Shown in pieces: positions 59,700 to 64,000 of a stretch of 64,000 bases of DNA (within the stretch, counting starts at the first letter, position 1; each line of letters begins with the position of its first letter). The DNA is from Candidatus Latescibacterota bacterium (GTDB lineage: Bacteria > Latescibacterota > UBA2968 > UBA8231), in the NCBI GenBank assembly GCA_965217585.1, contig OZ244561.1, positions 6,752,001 through 6,816,000 of the forward strand. The letters are read 5' to 3'. Position numbers and translations under genes: made by a program. Under the pieces are notes generated by a model, which saw only the letters and a program-made list of their open reading frames with translations, ran no database searches and was not told where the DNA came from.

Positions 59700-60125
59700 A
59701 CGCCTCTGCTCACTTCACCGTCGTCAATCGCTGGATCATGATCCCTTTCCGCGTCAAGGCGTAGGCCAAGATATTAACGCCGCGGTCATAGCCGGCAACT
59801 CCTGCACCCACTCGCCGGCCATTGCCGGAGCGCAGCACAGCAGGACCAAGCCGAGCCAACAACGCATCGCCCTAATCATCTGCCCACGCCTCCAACCTCT
59901 GGATGGAGGAAGGGAGCTGCTGGAAGCGCAACGTCAGACCCAGTTGTCCCAAACGGAGCGCGTCTCGCCCAAGCAATGGATTGAGGCTCCGCACTTTATA
60001 GACCAACGACTCCTCGGCAGTGGTGAGAAACGAGCTGTTGGCTACGTTATTCACCAAAGCCCAATCTAGCTCCAGCCCGCATCTGCGGCCCATCTTCGTT
60101 CAAATCAAATAGCTCAACGCAATGT
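59700..60125 (-). pseudogene. Mosaic spacer: STAS upstream region, STAS 3' part, discoidin-gene 5' end, DUF4159 3' end
   Basis: Patches match 35436-35507 and 35105-35250 and translate MRCWLGLVLLCCAPAMAGEWVQ and YDRGVNILAYALTRKG. Confidence 0.8.
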
Positions 60126-60129
60126 TCTC

Positions 60130-61778
60130 TCACGGCAGCTTCGTCGTCTTTTTCGCTTCCACCCGCCCGTCGATTTCGACCTTATAGATATACACCCCGG
60201 CGGCAACTCCCTTGCCCGCCTCGTCGCGCCCATCCCAAGTAAAGCGATGTGTACCCGCCCCCAGCGGTCCGTCCCACACCTGCCGCACCCGACGACCCAA
60301 CACATCGTACACCGTCAGCGACACCCCCGCCGCGTCCATCGCCAAATCGAGGGGAATCACCACTTGGGGATTGAATGGATTCGGATAGCTGTCGCCCAGC
60401 CGATACTGCGCTGGCCGCACGGCTGCGGTCGTCAGTACCGCGGTCGCCTGCTCGCCCAACGAACTCTTGAGCACATGCACCCCACCCAAGATCGGATCCA
60501 ACGCGACCAAATCCACATCGCCGTCCCCATCCATATCCCCCGACAGCACGGTGGTCGCCCGGCCCTCCAGCCGATGCCGCTCCCCGGCTTGAGTAGGACG
60601 GACACTGCCGCCCCATTCGACAAACACCCCAAAGCCCGAGGCGCGGTCTCCCCCGATAAACACCCAGTCTTCTACCCCATCGGCATTCAGGTCGCCCATC
60701 GCCACGGGCGAACCGCGAAACAGCCGCTCATCATACAGCACCGCCGCTTCTACCCGATCCCCGGTGCGCTTTTGCTGCAAGGCCAGCCCCTTGCTGCCTT
60801 CCATTCCATCAAAGATGAACTCCGTGAGCAAATCCACCTGACCATCGCCATCAAAATCGCCCACCCCCAAGAGCCGCTTCCACTCATCGAATTCAAATAT
60901 CTCGCCGCTTTGCAGATCCTCGCCCAAGGTAGCCAGAATCAACCTGTTCGCCTGACCAGCGATCGGCAACCACAACACGTCGAGTGCGCCATCGCCGGTA
61001 AAGTCGCCGATGGTGTCGGCCGAATGCGTTTCGGTCACCCCGACCTCTTCGGCGGTCCACACGCCCTGTGCTACATCCCAGACCTCTAAAAGGCTTCCCT
61101 CCAACGTCGTCTTCCCGACAAATAATTCGACCCGGCCATCCCCATCCCAATCCGCCACATCCCTAGGCGATCTATCTTTAATCTGTACAAGCACCTCGAC
61201 TTGGAGTTCTGGATCGATAGACCAAACCTCTGTTACATGACCATTATTGATTGTAAATAGCACGATTTCGTCTTGCCCATCGCCCGTCAAATCAGCACCC
61301 AGCACCGTTAAGGCCACCCATGAAGATGCCGCTACCTCCTCTATGTGCCTAAGTTCCAAGGCCCCTTGCCCGTCATTGAGCGCCATGAGCCAGCCCGTCG
61401 TAGGCAACCTCCCTTGATAGTACTGCCAGACAGCAAACAGGTCTAAGTCGCCATCGCCATCCAAGTCCGTCAACACGCCGACCTGCTCTGGGCTTAGACC
61501 TTCTCCTAGGCCCGACGCAAGCGGATAGAACACCGGCGGGGCAAAAACGCCCGTCTCATCCCAGCGAAAATAGTCCACGTGAGGAGGGGCTAATTCCCCC
61601 TGTAAGAGCTCTTCCACGCCGGTCAACTCGATCCAGTCGATCTCAAACCACTTGACTAGCTCGCCCAACAGCGGGGCTTCCGCTCTATCCACCCTTGCGT
61701 CGTCCCATCGTCGAAATCCCACTTGATCGCCTCGGCGGAACTGCCCAATAGCACGACGCCTGCAACAACGGCACACAT
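60130..61778 (-). pseudogene. FG-GAP/CTD protein, subtype B, frameshifted by deletion of most of the N-domain
   Basis: ATG 61778 reads MCAVVAGVVLLGSSAEA-IKWDFDDGTTQGW, then the frame shifts near 61680 into FEIDWIELTG and the FG-GAP repeats. Confidence 0.8.
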
Positions 61779-61880
61779 AGCCCTAATCATCTATCCAAGC
61801 CTCCAAACCCCAGCTTTCTAACAAGCTCTGTATGGAAGGAGCGAGTTGCTGGATCATACTGATGCCCTCCAATGCAAATG

Positions 61881-63212
61881 TCAATCTGCGGCGATTAATT
61901 GCCGTGCCAAGGATCCCTCGCGCGTTAGGGCATACACCACTATATTCACCCCCAAATCATAGACCAACTCTTCTTCGGCACTGTCGCGAAACGGACTATT
62001 GATCACATTAAGCGCCATAGCCCAATCCCGCTCCTGCTTGGCGATTCCCGACCAAAAATCGGCGTAGCCCCGCATCGAGTACACCCCCACCAACTGCTCC
62101 CCTACCATTATGCCCTCCAAATAGTCAGGAGTTGGCGGCGGTTTATTTTCTGTTATAAAGTGCATATCGCGCATCCCGCGCGGGAGGCTGCCTACATCGT
62201 AGAAGCAATGATAGATCGGATGGGTTATCTCTAGGCGGGTAAACTGCCAGTCCTTCCCTTCTTGATAGCCTACCGACCGCAAGCTAGCCCGAATCAGGGA
62301 ACGCACCGCGGGGATGTCTAATTCGTCGTCGCTGTAATTGGGAATCAAAAAGCGCACAATATCCGCAAACAAGAAGCCGCCCGAAGTCAAATACGCCCCT
62401 AAATTGGCCGCCTCCGCCTCGGTAAACTCAAAGGGCGTATTCGCCGTCAGCAGTACAAAGGGGACCTGCAAAAGCTGCGGATCGTCGAGTGCCACCGCGT
62501 CGCGCACCTCGACATGGACCTGTGTACTGGCGACCATCTTATCGGCCAACCCATGCAGCATCCGCTTTTCCGCCACTTGGCGCGTCAGGTAAAACCGGCG
62601 CGCTTCAATGCCGATTTTTCCCTGTTCAGCTCGCTCGATGGAAGGGCTATGGACATTGGACAAATAGAGAAAGCCCTTGAGCTTGCGCCGATCCGCTGGA
62701 TCAACTATTACCACGGCCCGATGCCGACCCGTGTCCAACGCCTCCACATCCATTAGCTCCAAGCCCAAGTCGATCTCGTCCGCGCCCTGCCGCACCCCTT
62801 CTAGCGCCCCAACGCGCAGTTGCGGGCCGATGTGCCGAGCGGGAAAATCCGGGATGGGGAGTGCTTGCCGTTCCGGCAGCGATGCCGTAGGCAGCCGAGG
62901 GGCCGACGATTGCAATACTGGCAACGGGCGCACTGCCGAGGGAGCGGGTCGCACAGCAGCAGTCGGGACAGCCTGAAGGGCTGGACGACGCACCAAGGGG
63001 CGCTGGAGGGGGCGTTGGCGGCGGGCGAGGACGCGCGGCGGCGGCGGGCGTTTCATAAATTTTACCACGGACGGAGGTAAGACGGGAAATTGAGTAACCC
63101 GTTCGCGGGGCGTTATCCCGAAAATCACCAACAGATGTAAGGCTAGCGATAACGCCAAGCACCCTTGGAGTTTTCTATTTTTCCAGAGCGGTACTTTCCA
63201 CGGCCGTCTCAT
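61881..63212 (-). CDS. DUF4159-domain protein (copy 3, more divergent)
   Basis: Same TM/Pro-rich/DUF4159 layout; start moved to 63212. Confidence 0.8.
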   Translation of the reverse strand: MRRPWKVPLWKNRKLQGCLALSLALHLLVIFGITPRERVTQFPVLPPSVVKFMKRPPPPRVLARRQRPLQRPLVRRPALQAVPTAAVRPAPSAVRPLPVLQSSAPRLPTASLPERQALPIPDFPARHIGPQLRVGALEGVRQGADEIDLGLELMDVEALDTGRHRAVVIVDPADRRKLKGFLYLSNVHSPSIERAEQGKIGIEARRFYLTRQVAEKRMLHGLADKMVASTQVHVEVRDAVALDDPQLLQVPFVLLTANTPFEFTEAEAANLGAYLTSGGFLFADIVRFLIPNYSDDELDIPAVRSLIRASLRSVGYQEGKDWQFTRLEITHPIYHCFYDVGSLPRGMRDMHFITENKPPPTPDYLEGIMVGEQLVGVYSMRGYADFWSGIAKQERDWAMALNVINSPFRDSAEEELVYDLGVNIVVYALTREGSLARQLIAAD

Positions 63213-63229
63213 CTGCCCACGTCCCTTCC

Positions 63230-64000
63230 TCACGGCAGCTTGGTCGTCTTTTTCGCTTCCGCCCGTCCGTCCACCTCGACCTGATAGATATACACCCCAG
63301 CGGCCACCGCTTTGCCCACCTCGTCGCGGCCATCCCACACAAAACGATGCCTACCCGCCCCAAGTGGCCCCTGCCACACCTGCCGTACCCGACGACCCAA
63401 CACATCATATACCGTCAGCGACACCCCCGCCGCGTCCGTCGCCAAATCAAGGGGAAGCACGACAGCCGGATTGAACGGATTGGGATAGCTATCGCCTAGC
63501 CGATACTGTGCCGGCTGCGCTGCCGACGACGTCAGCACCGCCGTCATCTGCTCGCCCACCGAACTCTTCAACACTTGCACACCGCCCAAGATGGGATTTA
63601 ACACCACCAAGTCCACATCGCCGTCGCCATCGACATCCCCCGGCAACACCCGTACTCCCTCGCCGGCCAAACGATGTCGCTCCACCTCCTTAGCTGGATT
63701 CAAGCCCCCACCCCATTCGACAAACACCCCCAAACCCGAGGCGCGATCCCCGCCGACAAATACCCAATCATCCACCCCGTCCCCATTCAGGTCGCGCACC
63801 ACTACCGGCGAGCGTACAAACAGCCGATCATCATACAGCACCGTCTCCTCCACACCACCCGTTGGTTGGCCTCTCCATAGGAGCAGGCCCTTGTTCTGTT
63901 CGAAGAGGTTGTGTTCGACCGCCCTGAGCAGGTCCACCTGCCCATCGCCATCAAAATCGCCCACTTGGAAAAGACGAGAAAAAGGAATACTCCTCAGATC
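63230..64000 (-). CDS. FG-GAP/CTD protein subtype B, 5' part outside the window
   Basis: GDFDGDGQVDL, DLNGDGVDD, SYPNPFNP...AKKTTKLP. Confidence 0.85.
   Translation of the reverse strand, partial: DLRSIPFSRLFQVGDFDGDGQVDLLRAVEHNLFEQNKGLLLWRGQPTGGVEETVLYDDRLFVRSPVVVRDLNGDGVDDWVFVGGDRASGLGVFVEWGGGLNPAKEVERHRLAGEGVRVLPGDVDGDGDVDLVVLNPILGGVQVLKSSVGEQMTAVLTSSAAQPAQYRLGDSYPNPFNPAVVLPLDLATDAAGVSLTVYDVLGRRVRQVWQGPLGAGRHRFVWDGRDEVGKAVAAGVYIYQVEVDGRAEAKKTTKLP

Noticed and set aside
1-64000. Numerous long antisense or shifted ORFs (e.g. 8949-10034, 24506-25402, 28683-29843, 33365-34318, 40321-41190)
   Set aside because: They overlap well-supported genes and have Arg/Pro/Ala-biased, motif-free sequences typical of GC-rich shadow frames

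Overview
GC-rich bacterial DNA. The expansion of phytanoyl-CoA-dioxygenase (PhyH) and enolase-superfamily genes and nine FlgD-Ig/T9SS-like C-terminal sorting domains suggest a Latescibacterota/Gemmatimonadota/Poribacteria-like organism (inference only). The window has three zones. (1) 1-11.6 kb and 24-27 kb: catabolic enzymes (aldo/keto reductase, glycoside-hydrolase-like barrels, two mandelate-racemase-family enzymes, Gfo/Idh/MocA, PhyH dioxygenases, a PLP enzyme). (2) 12-24 kb: a defence/accessory hotspot with an AT-rich orphan membrane gene, BrnT-HTH and MazF toxin-antitoxin pairs, an m6A methylase plus SacI-like endonuclease, an AAA-PD(D/E)XK protein, and a 250-bp collapsed remnant of a type I-E CRISPR-Cas locus (cas6e end, cas2 middle, one repeat) that the ORF track does not reveal. 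(3) 27-64 kb, all on the minus strand: a repeatedly duplicated envelope locus. It holds two apparently cytoplasmic beta-propeller/Y_Y_Y/sigma-54 activators, each followed by its own phased palindrome array and a -24/-12 promoter. Downstream lie paralogous secreted CBM-like/FG-GAP/CTD proteins with hypervariable loops, small Cys-rich peptides, TonB-like-anchored DUF4159 proteins, a glycosyltransferase and a barrel/TPR/lipoprotein operon. Many spacers are order-preserving patchworks of 30-130 bp fragments of neighbouring genes. No rRNA, tRNA, integrase, transposase or reverse transcriptase was seen. All calls come from reading motifs by eye; no searches were run.
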